Shown here in pieces: positions 31,901-39,026 of a stretch of 60,782 bases of DNA. Origin of the DNA: Bacteroidales bacterium (GTDB lineage: Bacteria; Bacteroidota; Bacteroidia; Bacteroidales; CAIWKO01); the NCBI GenBank assembly GCA_035389045.1, contig DAOORA010000002.1:78957-139738 (forward strand), read 5' to 3'. Position 1 is the first letter of the stretch; the number at the start of each line of letters is the position of its first letter. The notes beneath the pieces are model-generated. The model saw only the letters and a program-made list of their open reading frames with translations, was not told the DNA's origin and did not search any database. The position numbers and the translations under genes were made by a program.

Positions 31901-32904
31901 TCCTGGTATAATGTAGCATAAGGCCATGATTGCTGTGCAGTGCCGGTACCTATCTCCACAACAGGTGTGATTTCTTTGATATAAAACCAATATGAAATCC
32001 CTTCGGCCAGATTATGAGAGGGCGCATTATCAATGGCACGTATACTATAATTAATCAAATTGTTATATGTATAACTTGGAATAATACCCCTGTAGGAACT
32101 GTCCGAAATCCATACCATGGGCACGTATTGTTCCGGGCCATTATTAACTCTAAAAACCACATAGGCAGTATCAATTCCGGAATCATCCGTAATATAGGCA
32201 TCAATATTAAAAGGTCCCGTATTGTAAACGGTATCCGTAATGATCGGGGTTTTCATTATGATGGCAGGAGGTACCAGTTCATTGTTGGCTGCAACAACTT
32301 CGATATCATCAATGTACCAGCCATGATTATAATTGGCTCCGTTGCCATTGGCATCGCGGAGAACAAATCTTAATCTGACATTGCTGCTGTTAGCTGCAAT
32401 GGCTGTCAGATCGAAGATCTCATTTTTCCACCACGCCTGGGTTGGCTTAATAAAATTAAGTGCAGGATTCCAGTCAAGCGGATAAGTATTAGAAGTAAAC
32501 TTGTTCCCGATATTCACGAACTGTGAATTGCCCGGATTTATATACTCGGCACCCGTGAGTTTTACCCACGCACCATTGTTTATTGAAATTTCAATCTCTC
32601 CGGCATCAAGCAACTCAATTTTACATATATGTGAAAACTTTAATATAACATGAGAATATCCGGTAGTACTAAATTGATTGGTAGTGAGATAGGCGGTATC
32701 ATTTACAGTAACAATATTAGAATCACAGCGTGCACCCGTATGAAATAATCTGGAATTTAGCGACCAGTTGTTTGCAGCTCCCGAAGCAGTTACGCTGTCG
32801 GCGCCATTACCCGACAATTCAAAATTTTCATGAAACACTTTAACCTGCGCATTTAAAAAACATGCCGGAAAAAGCAAAAAGATAAATAAATATACTTTTT
32901 TCAT
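22954..32904 (-). CDS. Giant T9SS-secreted multidomain surface protein, paralog 3 (3316 aa; adhesin-like)
   Basis: Same scaffold as paralogs 1 and 2 but more diverged. Signal peptide ending LNA-Q; beta-helix; GEVED (YGETEDY); CTD LLQNIPNPA...GVYFY...TRRMIVVR. Both slot domains contain TESCCD. Confidence 0.9.
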   Translation of the reverse strand: MKKVYLFIFLLFPACFLNAQVKVFHENFELSGNGADSVTASGAANNWSLNSRLFHTGARCDSNIVTVNDTAYLTTNQFSTTGYSHVILKFSHICKIELLDAGEIEISINNGAWVKLTGAEYINPGNSQFVNIGNKFTSNTYPLDWNPALNFIKPTQAWWKNEIFDLTAIAANSSNVRLRFVLRDANGNGANYNHGWYIDDIEVVAANNELVPPAIIMKTPIITDTVYNTGPFNIDAYITDDSGIDTAYVVFRVNNGPEQYVPMVWISDSSYRGIIPSYTYNNLINYSIRAIDNAPSHNLAEGISYWFYIKEITPVVEIGTGTAQQSWPYATLYQDARTQMIYTAAEITAADGIAGLITGIAFNVASASTIAMNGFTIQMQHTSLNTLTGFVNSGWTTVYSGTYTVTNIGWQTIPLQTPFNWNGTSNLLVNICYDNTTTSGNSPVYCTSAAGKTWTQYTNSSAGCSLAAGTVQTNRPNIRLTMPTVVITEDAGVTQIIAPTGTILSGVNNPVELRIKNFAQDTLKKVHIAWTLDGVSQTSFLWNGLLAEQVSSNVITIGNVNVIPGSHSIKAWTELPNDSTDEIPANDTLSGSFYACSSLLNGPYTIGSGGDFPTFTSALNSLLNCGVSGPVIFNVLSGTYNEQMNIPEITGVNSTNTVTFQSATGNYSDVILQYSATGTANNYVINLNGTDFFTFKNMTIRALGTSYGNVITYSNNSTYNTFYHNRLSGVNTANANIVMSVVYSPSGSSVLDSVMTFDGNIIENGSYGMYIYGQGSLANQLENKTVIKNNSFINQYSTCLNMYYQNAPEIISNTFTSNSSYATLTYSIYAAYCDNQLKILKNKITRYNSGYGIYIYYCDGAFGKEALIANNMVSVSGNNTSYGIYPIYCSYQKIYYNSVNVYSDAPTARAFNLSGTTSSLYHYIKNNIFAYMGTSTGGVAIYIGYPASITAMDYNDLYSTGTNLGYWNGLKTDLAAWRTASSKDSNSVSVDPSFISNTDLHTFSSSINGKAVHLNEVTDDIDNHLRNATTPDIGASEFDVPAANIGILDFTAPVNSCGAVSPSNVTVRLKNAGSAPLTTADVYYCLNNGPAVHEVMSHTIQPDSVYLYTFTQQANLTSPGIYTFKAWVHMTGDTLQLNDTISNYSVYSGYDFNLGAYTMSFEATENFSDWSTMDVNGDNAGWTMAYSDAANAHTGVKSSRLYTGVVNTGNDWLFTRCFTLNAGSTYKIEFWYKVSNASYPQIIDLKAGMSATPAAMTSSLTTLNNLNNTTYQKATVFFIPVSSGSYYFGWWGHSAPSSYYAFIDDINISLLPPQEAALVSIVNPVSACGLTSSESVDILIQNTGAATINGNLTAYYTFKNGPVVSQAVTGTIAPNDTLAFSFSQTADAHVVSQDSVFPLKVWISLVNDPFHYNDTLTKDIASSHVPASPVTINDTTVFGGTATMHAISGDMIYWYDVPSGGTYLCTGAYYTTPALYVNTVYYAQALSAGGTTTWTFDNTLQGWTVQNPCSSAYNWSWASDAGAGALFASDPGVNAYQLVTSPSVMISGAANISISFRHRYGTESCCDEGYMAYRLDNGAWTTFVPGINTYTNSQNIDYDPLNSCVSNTKSCYAGTQSAYITSSGNISNGGASTIQLAFVFTSDGSVASTGWFIDEVTVSGGMGGCASPRIPDTAFVQLNPYDASAISIVSPVDGCVGGSENISIKIRNNGLNTINGNLTAAYTINGGSPQTQPVTNTILPGDTTTFTFTAPFMTGLSQSNQDSVYNITAYVVLAGDSFLQNDTTTESLTLLYTPAVPVVNNVTVPYATQATLHAVSADSIRWYDVATGGTPLANTSTYVTPLIYNNTVYYAEAYATGGTSYWTFNSGLEGWTSTASCGFSTTWVWASDGGTGAAFAQDVGTTSSQVLKSPVINLSGASTVTLKYRHRYTTESCCDHGYVMYKLNNNQWTPLTLTTGSYTGSYSISYEPMAHSCSSGTYYSYSNTAPYQSHAGTINTAGADSMRIAFVFYTDGSVASDGWYIDSVVVKGSGSGCASARMPDTVFVTGVPACDMSVVNIYAPNSAIDLTDDEVITVKVKNYGTAPASNIPVHYSINGGAVVTEVIPGPVASNDTALFTFATHADLSAYGTYNISVYTTLSCDLTHINDTLHKDVVCSPIPYCASNSLYLYENIGNVTFGTLNNGNPLPVLGNTTVTHNYTDYTSLPATPVTVGSNYQFSVSQIESGNTFYPTGVKAYIDYNRNGVFDTPAEMAFSGVTISSTSPTVSGTISIPVTGVVTGMNTRMRIVMDRAGTANPCGTYSYGETEDYFLFISPQIPHDAGVIGIIQPSAVESEAAVIPVKVIVRNFGTDTIRNTSNMVVAFTHNGQAPQTAIWNGGDIPPLQSDTATLPNLIVMPNLNTLCAYTQLAGDSNTFNDTYCKTFAGTPLHDAGIVAILEPGSQSVSGSLSPVRVVMKNFGAGAITSINLCYKLNGVLQATQPWTGSLLPNSYDTITFTQTYAVPSAGFTICAYTSFPADSNHINDTLYQNSYGVFTSALPYYDNFDDGIVNWMAVSSAGSVWELGQPSYGTTNSAFSPWSSWDINLSEPYGNSANSMLYTQNFDFSNAVDMRMKFWFNLNSQNGADGFRIEYTTDTGSTWNVLGIVSDPNGSNWYNTASLVSSSKPGWSGNTLVWRSCYYKLSVLNNIPVVRFRFVFSSDASTNGVGLSIDNFAIYKPTLKDVGVEAVSDPKVMAQAGSSVQLKVRLRNYGTSILQSVPIAYKINAAGPVITFNWSGVLLSNDSAMVTIATPFTVPAGEFTIYAYTQLTGDGDHLNDTCRARIMGVPKYFVPYSDSLEADNYWVSYGVPNLWEYGAPSSSPINVAHSPAHAWKTNIDGNYINNATSYLYSPWFYFTGVDSAYLEFWHWYHTQSGSDYGLIEYTVNNGTSWVILGSQADPQGVNWYNALVGGLPCWSGNSSGYVYSKYRLTSVPAIINATVPVRFRYKFNSNTSVCNYDGWAIDDFAITAPAIPKDAGISGIIHPASPVMTGSSVTVQVVIRNYGTDTLQKVPVRYFVNGGAVVAETWYGALQPGQTVNYTFTTPYTSPGTAYSFCAFTRRNGDIYWANDTLCTTITTSPAANDLGISKILTPGTVTTPGDPVTVSVRIQNYGTAPQSGISVVYFRNFVQTGAGTYAGTIAAGDSADYTFATTFISPSGNYNICAKTILTGDADPLNDQICIYPIGTGIEDYDYTHFELLQNIPNPAMDRTLILFYVPTTGSAGFELSDIFGQVLMRKEFDAVRGENRMDLDIRDVPSGVYFYSVEYSNKKLTRRMIVVR

Positions 32905-32970
32905 GTTTAAATAAATTAATATTGATTAATAGAACAGAATTATAAAAGGATGTAAGAACTACCTTGACTG

Positions 32971-32978
32971 CAAAAATA
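32971..32978 (-). promoter_or_regulatory. Candidate -7 promoter box (TATTTTTG) for giant gene 3
   Basis: TAnnTTTG match about 66 nt upstream of the ATG, in the divergent intergenic region. Confidence 0.5.
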
Positions 32979-33278
32979 TATAAAATTTAACGTGATAAAA
33001 AATAAACTTACAATATTTTAGCCTAAAATGCAAATAATTGTTTTATTGGAGTTTTTGTTCAGTAATGCTTTACTTTGAAGGAACAATTCTTCGGCGCCCA
33101 GGTTTCATTCAACTAACTCTTTGATAAACAATAATTTAAATTTTGTCTCAACAGTAACTCCTCCGCAGAGTAAATCAGCCTGCTCCTCACAACACTACTG
33201 AAACAAGCCATCACAACGGATATGAATCCGTTTTTATAATTAATCTTTTTATAACGTTACGTAGAGATTATTTTAAAT

Positions 33279-33286
33279 TAATTTTG
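33279..33286 (+). promoter_or_regulatory. Candidate -7 promoter box (TAATTTTG) for rel/spoT
   Basis: TAnnTTTG match 16 nt before the ATG. Confidence 0.55.
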
Positions 33287-33302
33287 TAATAAAAATACGA
33301 GT

Positions 33303-35528
33303 ATGGTAAATGCTGACGAACTGAAAGAAAAAAAAGAAATAATCAACCGCTACCGGAATCTCCTGAGGGCCTGCAAACCCAAGACTTCGCACCAGGATAA
33401 AATGTTGATCCGCAAAGCTTTTAAACTGGCAGTTCAGGCACATAGCGATATGCGTCGTAAATCAGGCGAGCCCTATATTTATCACCCTATCGAAGTTGCC
33501 CGTATTGCTGCAGAAGAAATCGGACTGGGAACCACCTCAGTAATCTGCGCTTTGCTTCACGATGTGGTAGAAGATACCGATTACACACTGGAAGACATAA
33601 GGGGTATTTTTGGCGACAAAGTGGCCAAAATCATAGATGGACTCACAAAAATATCAGGCATTTTTGACACGAAGACTGAATCGTTGCAGGCTGAAAACTT
33701 CCGCAGAATGCTGCTGACACTTTCCGATGATGTCAGGGTAATATTGCTTAAATTGGCCGACAGATTGCATAATATGCGCACACTGGAATCCCTGCCCAAA
33801 GAAAAACAGTTTAAAATCGCCTCCGAAACTTCATTTTTATACGCGCCGCTTGCTCACCGTTTAGGTCTTTTTACCATAAAAACCGAATTGGAAGACCTCG
33901 CATTCAAGCATCTGGAACCTGAAATATACAATACAATCTCATACATGGTCAAAGAATCGGAGCAGGAACGCAAACGATTCATCAGTAAATTCATTTATCC
34001 GATAAAAAAAGACCTCTCAGATAAAGGAATCGACGCATCAATTATTACCCGGACCAAATCTAATTTCTCTATCTGGGAAAAAATGAAAAAAAAGGAAATT
34101 CCTTTTGAAGAAGTTTATGACCTGTTTGCAATACGGATCATCATCAATGTTCAGCCGGAAAATGAAAAAGCGGCATGTTTTAATGTATATTCCGTTGTAA
34201 CGGACCATTACCGGCCCAACAAAGACCGTTTCCGCGACTGGATCTCGATCCCGAAAGCAAATGGCTACGAAGCGCTGCATACAACAGTTATGAGCCATAC
34301 AGGCAAATGGGTCGAAGTACAGATCCGTTCGGTACGCATGGATGAAATTGCCGAAAAAGGCTTTGCCGCCCACTGGAAATATAAGGATGGCACACACGGC
34401 GACACAGGGCTGGAGGATTGGCTGGCCAAAATCCGCGAACTGCTTCAGAGTCCCGAATCCAACGCACTGGATTTCCTTGAAAATTTCAAACTGAACCTGT
34501 TTGCTGATGAAATATATGTTTTTACTCCAAAGGGAGATCTGATCACCATGCCTTTGAAAGCAACAACACTCGATTTTGCCTATAACATTCACTCCCACAT
34601 CGGGAACACCTGCATCGGTGCAAAAGTCAACCACAGGCTTGTTCCCCTGGATTATACCCTGAAAAGCGGAGACCAGATCGAAATAATCACTTCAGACAAA
34701 CAGACCCCGAAAGAAAAATGGTTTGATTATGTTAATACGGCTAAAGCAAAATCCCATATTAAAGCTTTTGTAAAAGAAGAAAAGAAAAAACTGGCTATAG
34801 AAGGAAAAAATATGCTTAAAAAGGGGTTTGATGAACTTAAAATTGAATTCAGTACTGCCAATGTAAATAAGTTAATGCAATATCTTGAATATCCCAACCC
34901 GTCAAACTTATATATTGATGCAGCAAATAAGATAATAGGTATCAAGGAAATAAAGACCTGTTTTCTGGAAACAGACAAAGAAAACTGGTTCCGCTACCTG
35001 AGGTTCCCGTTTACAAAAAGCAAGCATCCTGAAGCAAAAAAGGAAGTTGCTGAACCGGCGCCAGATCAGGATAAAAAAAGCACCCAGCCACTCCTGAGCC
35101 CACAGGTTGAAAACATCCAATATAATATTGCTAATTGCTGCATGCCAATCCCGGGCGATGAGGTGATCGGGCTGATCGAAAAAAACGGGGAGATCACTGT
35201 ACATCAGGCCAAATGCAAAAAAGCCATTGAGTTTATGACCTTGTACGGTAAGAGAATTGTAAAATCAAAATGGCTGAACGACGATTCCCTGCAATTCCTG
35301 GCTGGAATATCCATTAAAGGTTTTGACAAAGTTGGCATGATCCGCGATATTACCGACGTGATATCAAAACAACTGAATATCAATATCCGTTCCCTGACAC
35401 TCGAAACCAACAGTGGAATTTTCGAAGGAGTCCTCACCGTCTACATCCAGGATACAAACCAACTGAAAAATCTCATCGATAACCTGAAAATGGTCAACGG
35501 CGTCGAAAGCATAAACAGAATCAATTAG
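33303..35528 (+). CDS. spoT: Long RelA/SpoT homologue, bifunctional (p)ppGpp synthetase/hydrolase
   Basis: HD hydrolase motifs (RKSGEPYIYHP, LLHDVVEDT, KLADRLHNMRTL), synthetase motifs (DLFAIR, PKANGYEALHT, EVQIRS), TGS domain (DFAYNIHSHIG), CC zinc-finger region and C-terminal ACT domain. Confidence 0.95.
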   Translation: MVNADELKEKKEIINRYRNLLRACKPKTSHQDKMLIRKAFKLAVQAHSDMRRKSGEPYIYHPIEVARIAAEEIGLGTTSVICALLHDVVEDTDYTLEDIRGIFGDKVAKIIDGLTKISGIFDTKTESLQAENFRRMLLTLSDDVRVILLKLADRLHNMRTLESLPKEKQFKIASETSFLYAPLAHRLGLFTIKTELEDLAFKHLEPEIYNTISYMVKESEQERKRFISKFIYPIKKDLSDKGIDASIITRTKSNFSIWEKMKKKEIPFEEVYDLFAIRIIINVQPENEKAACFNVYSVVTDHYRPNKDRFRDWISIPKANGYEALHTTVMSHTGKWVEVQIRSVRMDEIAEKGFAAHWKYKDGTHGDTGLEDWLAKIRELLQSPESNALDFLENFKLNLFADEIYVFTPKGDLITMPLKATTLDFAYNIHSHIGNTCIGAKVNHRLVPLDYTLKSGDQIEIITSDKQTPKEKWFDYVNTAKAKSHIKAFVKEEKKKLAIEGKNMLKKGFDELKIEFSTANVNKLMQYLEYPNPSNLYIDAANKIIGIKEIKTCFLETDKENWFRYLRFPFTKSKHPEAKKEVAEPAPDQDKKSTQPLLSPQVENIQYNIANCCMPIPGDEVIGLIEKNGEITVHQAKCKKAIEFMTLYGKRIVKSKWLNDDSLQFLAGISIKGFDKVGMIRDITDVISKQLNINIRSLTLETNSGIFEGVLTVYIQDTNQLKNLIDNLKMVNGVESINRIN

Positions 35529-35606
35529 ATATGAGGATGAAACCGCTGAAAAAAAATGATTATTTAGAATCAATTTAATTTTGTATTTTTATCCAAAAAT
35601 TTTTCT

Positions 35607-36059
35607 ATGGTTTTGAAAAAACAGGATTTTGAAAATTTTGAAGATGTAAAGCAGATTTTTACTGCATACCTCGAAAAAAACAATCACCGTAAAACCCCTG
35701 AGCGGTACACCATTCTTAAAGAGATCTATGCTTTCGACGGGCATTTTGATGTTGAAACCCTTTATATCAAGATGAAAAATAACAAATACAGGGTGAGCCG
35801 TGCCACACTTTACAACACCATAGATTTGCTGCTGCTTTGCGGATTAGTTGCCAAACACCAGTTCGGTCAAAACTCCGCATATTACGAAAAATCACATAAG
35901 TTCAAACAACATGATCATCTGATCTGCATTGACAACAAAAAAGTAATCGAATTCTGTGATCCGCGTATTTATGAGATACAAAAATCACTCGAACAGACGT
36001 TCAATATAACTATTACGCACCATGCGCTTACTTTTTACGCAAAATGCAATAAATCTTAG
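35607..36059 (+). CDS. fur: Fur-family transcriptional regulator
   Basis: [31 protein letters not shown] and HDHLIC motifs; TAATTTTG box at 35576-35583. Confidence 0.9.
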   Translation: MVLKKQDFENFEDVKQIFTAYLEKNNHRKTPERYTILKEIYAFDGHFDVETLYIKMKNNKYRVSRATLYNTIDLLLLCGLVAKHQFGQNSAYYEKSHKFKQHDHLICIDNKKVIEFCDPRIYEIQKSLEQTFNITITHHALTFYAKCNKS

Positions 36060-36092
36060 AAAACTAAACCAAACATTTATCTTTGAAACTTT

Positions 36093-37376
36093 ATGAAAGC
36101 TGATGTAATACTGGGACTGCAATGGGGCGATGAGGGAAAAGGCAAAATTGTGGATGCCATGACGCCCAACTATGATATCGTAGCGCGTTTTCAGGGTGGC
36201 CCCAATGCCGGGCATACTATCGAATTCAACAATAATAAAATTGTTCTGCACACTATACCCTCCGGCATCCTTCGCAATACAACGGTTAACATCATCGGAA
36301 ACGGTGTGGTGATCGACCCAGTCATCCTCATGGATGAACTTAAAAAGGTAACTTCTTATAACCCGGATGCTTCAAAAAACCTTAAAATTTCTAAAAGGGC
36401 TCATTTTATTCTTCCCGTTCACCGGGCTCTGGACGCATGCTATGAACAGTCTAAAGGACTTGCAAAAATAGGCAGTACATTAAAAGGAATTGCTCCGGCA
36501 TATTCGGATAAATATAACCGTAACGGCTTACGCGCCGGTGAAATTTTTTTGGATGACTTCAGAAAAAAATATCACGCAATTACAGAAAGACACCTGAAGA
36601 TCCTCAAAAGTTACGATTTTGAGCCGGACCGTTTCAAAATCGACGGGTTACCTTATCATGACTATGAACAGGAATGGTTCCGGGCTATTGACCAGATGAA
36701 GGGCTTAGATAGCATCGATGCCGAAATATTCCTGAATGATGCCCTCACTTCAGGCCAAAGTGTTTTAGCAGAAGGCGCCCAGGGAACACTGCTCGACATC
36801 GACTTCGGAGCATATCCTTATGTGACCTCATCCAATACTATTTGCGCCGGAGTCTGCTCGGGATTAGGCATAGCACCCTCAAAAATCGGCAAAGTTTTCG
36901 GCATCTTTAAAGCATACTGTACCAGGGTTGGTAGCGGGCCTTTTCCTACTGAACTTTTCGATGATACCGGAAAAAAATTGCAAACCATTGGTAACGAATT
37001 CGGAGCCACTACAGGAAGAGAAAGACGCTGCGGCTGGCTTGACCTGCCTGCACTAAGGTATGCCGTGATGATCAACGGAATTACCGACCTGATCATGACA
37101 AAAGCAGATGTCCTCGACACTTTTGAAACGATCAGCATGGCGGTGACCTACAACAACCATACAATAAATTACCTTCCTTTTGATATCAGTCCGGAATCTG
37201 TAACACCAGATTACAAGGATTTTCAAGGATGGAACACGCCCCTCGGAACTATTGAAAACATCAGTAACCTGCCCGAAAAACTGCTCGATTATATTAAATT
37301 CATTGAAAAAAACGTTCATGTTCCGGTATCTTTTTTATCTTTAGGACCTGATAGAAAACAAACATTTCAATTATAA
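36093..37376 (+). CDS. purA: Adenylosuccinate synthetase
   Basis: GLQWGDEGKGK, RFQGGPNAGHT, EGAQGTLLDIDFGAYPYVTSS, EFGATTGRERRCGWLD; TATCTTTG box at 36078-36085. Confidence 0.98.
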   Translation: MKADVILGLQWGDEGKGKIVDAMTPNYDIVARFQGGPNAGHTIEFNNNKIVLHTIPSGILRNTTVNIIGNGVVIDPVILMDELKKVTSYNPDASKNLKISKRAHFILPVHRALDACYEQSKGLAKIGSTLKGIAPAYSDKYNRNGLRAGEIFLDDFRKKYHAITERHLKILKSYDFEPDRFKIDGLPYHDYEQEWFRAIDQMKGLDSIDAEIFLNDALTSGQSVLAEGAQGTLLDIDFGAYPYVTSSNTICAGVCSGLGIAPSKIGKVFGIFKAYCTRVGSGPFPTELFDDTGKKLQTIGNEFGATTGRERRCGWLDLPALRYAVMINGITDLIMTKADVLDTFETISMAVTYNNHTINYLPFDISPESVTPDYKDFQGWNTPLGTIENISNLPEKLLDYIKFIEKNVHVPVSFLSLGPDRKQTFQL

Positions 37377-37389
37377 AAAACCAAAAATA

Positions 37390-38973
37390 ATGAAAACAAG
37401 AAGCGTTTTAGTAAGCTGTTTTTTATTCTTTGCAATGCTGATTGCGGTCAATGCCCAGAAAATCCAGGAATCAAAAGTCCCCCAGGATGTAGTCATCAGC
37501 TTCAGATATAAATACCCGGATGCCACGATAAGCTCCTGGGAAAAAGCCGCCGACAATTATGTGGCTAAGTTCAAAATGAACAATCAGGGCGGCGATGCAG
37601 AGTTTGACAATAAAGGCGTATGGATCGAAACCAGATATGACGTGAAAGAAAAAGAACTGCCCAGCCCTGTATTAAGCTATTACAAAGAAAATTACTACTC
37701 CAGCGAATATACCATGTCGGTCATTCAGATCCATAAAACCAGCCAGGGTAAATCATTTTATTTTATTCAAGTGAAAAGAGAAGGCGTAACCCAACTGGAG
37801 CCTGTTGAACTGCAATTCGATCTGGCAGGAAAACTTATTTATAAAAATGACCCGGGCGAAACAAAAGCTCTGGAAGAAAAAGGGGAAGGAAAGCAAACCG
37901 ACACAAAAAATAAAGATGCCATAAAAGAAACACAGGATAATGATGCAAAATATATGGTTGATGCTACCAAGGTTCCCGCAGCTGCAAAAAGTCATTTTTT
38001 AAGTAAAAACAAAAAAGCGGCTATGCCGGCCTGGTACTTCAAAGATCAGACCTATACCGTAAAATTCAATACAGGAGGAAAAAATGGCCTGTCAACATAT
38101 ACCAAAGAGGGATCCTGGCGCGAAACACGTATAGAATCTTCAGAGGATAAACTCAATCAGCTCACCGTCAATTACCTTAAAGAAGAATATCGCCAATACA
38201 AAATAAAATCGGTTGAAAACGTCACACAACCTAAAGACAAATTTATATATATACGCATGTATGATAAGCGAAGCAAGGCCGTCCCGCCTCCATTGACTGA
38301 AATTTGGTTCACTTCAGCCGGCAAGTTTATCAATGTTGAAAAACCCGAAATCACTGATCCGTATGAACTGGAAGAACAAAAACGCCGCGATGCAAAAGAC
38401 AAAGAATTCATGGAAGATGTCGATAAAAGCGGCGTGATGTATGAAGATGCTGATAATTACAATGATAAAGTCAACAAAAAAGAACTTCCGTCGTCAATAG
38501 TCAACTATGTAAAACAGAACTATAAAGAACATATTATTAGTAGTTCCAGACTGGTCAGTGACGATAAGCTCGGAAATGTTTACCAGGTAGTGGCCAAAAT
38601 TGAAGGCGCCAAATACGGAACCGTACTGTTTTTTGATATTGCCGGTAATCTGGTAAAGAAATATGAAGAATCAGAAAACAGGATGAATACAGATAAGATT
38701 GATGCCGGAAATGAGAATAATGCAAAACAACAAACATCAAAATACGGCACAGCCGACGAAAGGATCAGCGAGAGCGAACTGCCTTCTGAAATAACCAAAT
38801 ACCTGAAAAAGAATTATCCCGGCCACGCGATCAGGGAAACATTTTTCAAAACAGATAATGAGCTTGGGAATTGCTTTCTTCTCATAATGATTAAAGAAGG
38901 AGACAATAAGGTTACCAAATTATTTTTTGATCTGGACGGTAACCTGGCAAAAACGCAGACCGACAATCTTTGA
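37390..38973 (+). CDS. Exported protein with multiple PepSY-like (BLIP-like) repeats
   Basis: Signal peptide ending VNA-Q; about six repeats of (E/K)(L/V)P..(V/I)..Y.K..Y followed by FD..G; Lys/Glu-rich linkers. Confidence 0.75.
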   Translation: MKTRSVLVSCFLFFAMLIAVNAQKIQESKVPQDVVISFRYKYPDATISSWEKAADNYVAKFKMNNQGGDAEFDNKGVWIETRYDVKEKELPSPVLSYYKENYYSSEYTMSVIQIHKTSQGKSFYFIQVKREGVTQLEPVELQFDLAGKLIYKNDPGETKALEEKGEGKQTDTKNKDAIKETQDNDAKYMVDATKVPAAAKSHFLSKNKKAAMPAWYFKDQTYTVKFNTGGKNGLSTYTKEGSWRETRIESSEDKLNQLTVNYLKEEYRQYKIKSVENVTQPKDKFIYIRMYDKRSKAVPPPLTEIWFTSAGKFINVEKPEITDPYELEEQKRRDAKDKEFMEDVDKSGVMYEDADNYNDKVNKKELPSSIVNYVKQNYKEHIISSSRLVSDDKLGNVYQVVAKIEGAKYGTVLFFDIAGNLVKKYEESENRMNTDKIDAGNENNAKQQTSKYGTADERISESELPSEITKYLKKNYPGHAIRETFFKTDNELGNCFLLIMIKEGDNKVTKLFFDLDGNLAKTQTDNL

Positions 38974-39026
38974 CATAAATTCCAACTTTTACGGGTCACG
39001 GCCTGCTTCCCTACGAATTCCCCATT

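Noticed and set aside
1460..32373. Numerous 60-180 aa ORFs antisense to or overlapping the giant genes, including the look-alike pair 2780-3055 and 13175-13450
   Set aside because: Shadow ORFs produced by codon bias of the real genes. The look-alike pair only reflects the duplicated block on the coding strand.
11309..33302. Invertible promoters or ops-type antitermination sites controlling the giant genes
   Set aside because: I found no inverted repeats bracketing the promoter boxes, no recombinase or UpxY/NusG-paralog gene, and no recognisable ops-like sequence.
35607..36059. Fur protein lacking complete CxxC motifs as a novelty
   Set aside because: Loss of the structural zinc CxxC sites is common in Fur proteins, including Bacteroidota homologs at this locus.
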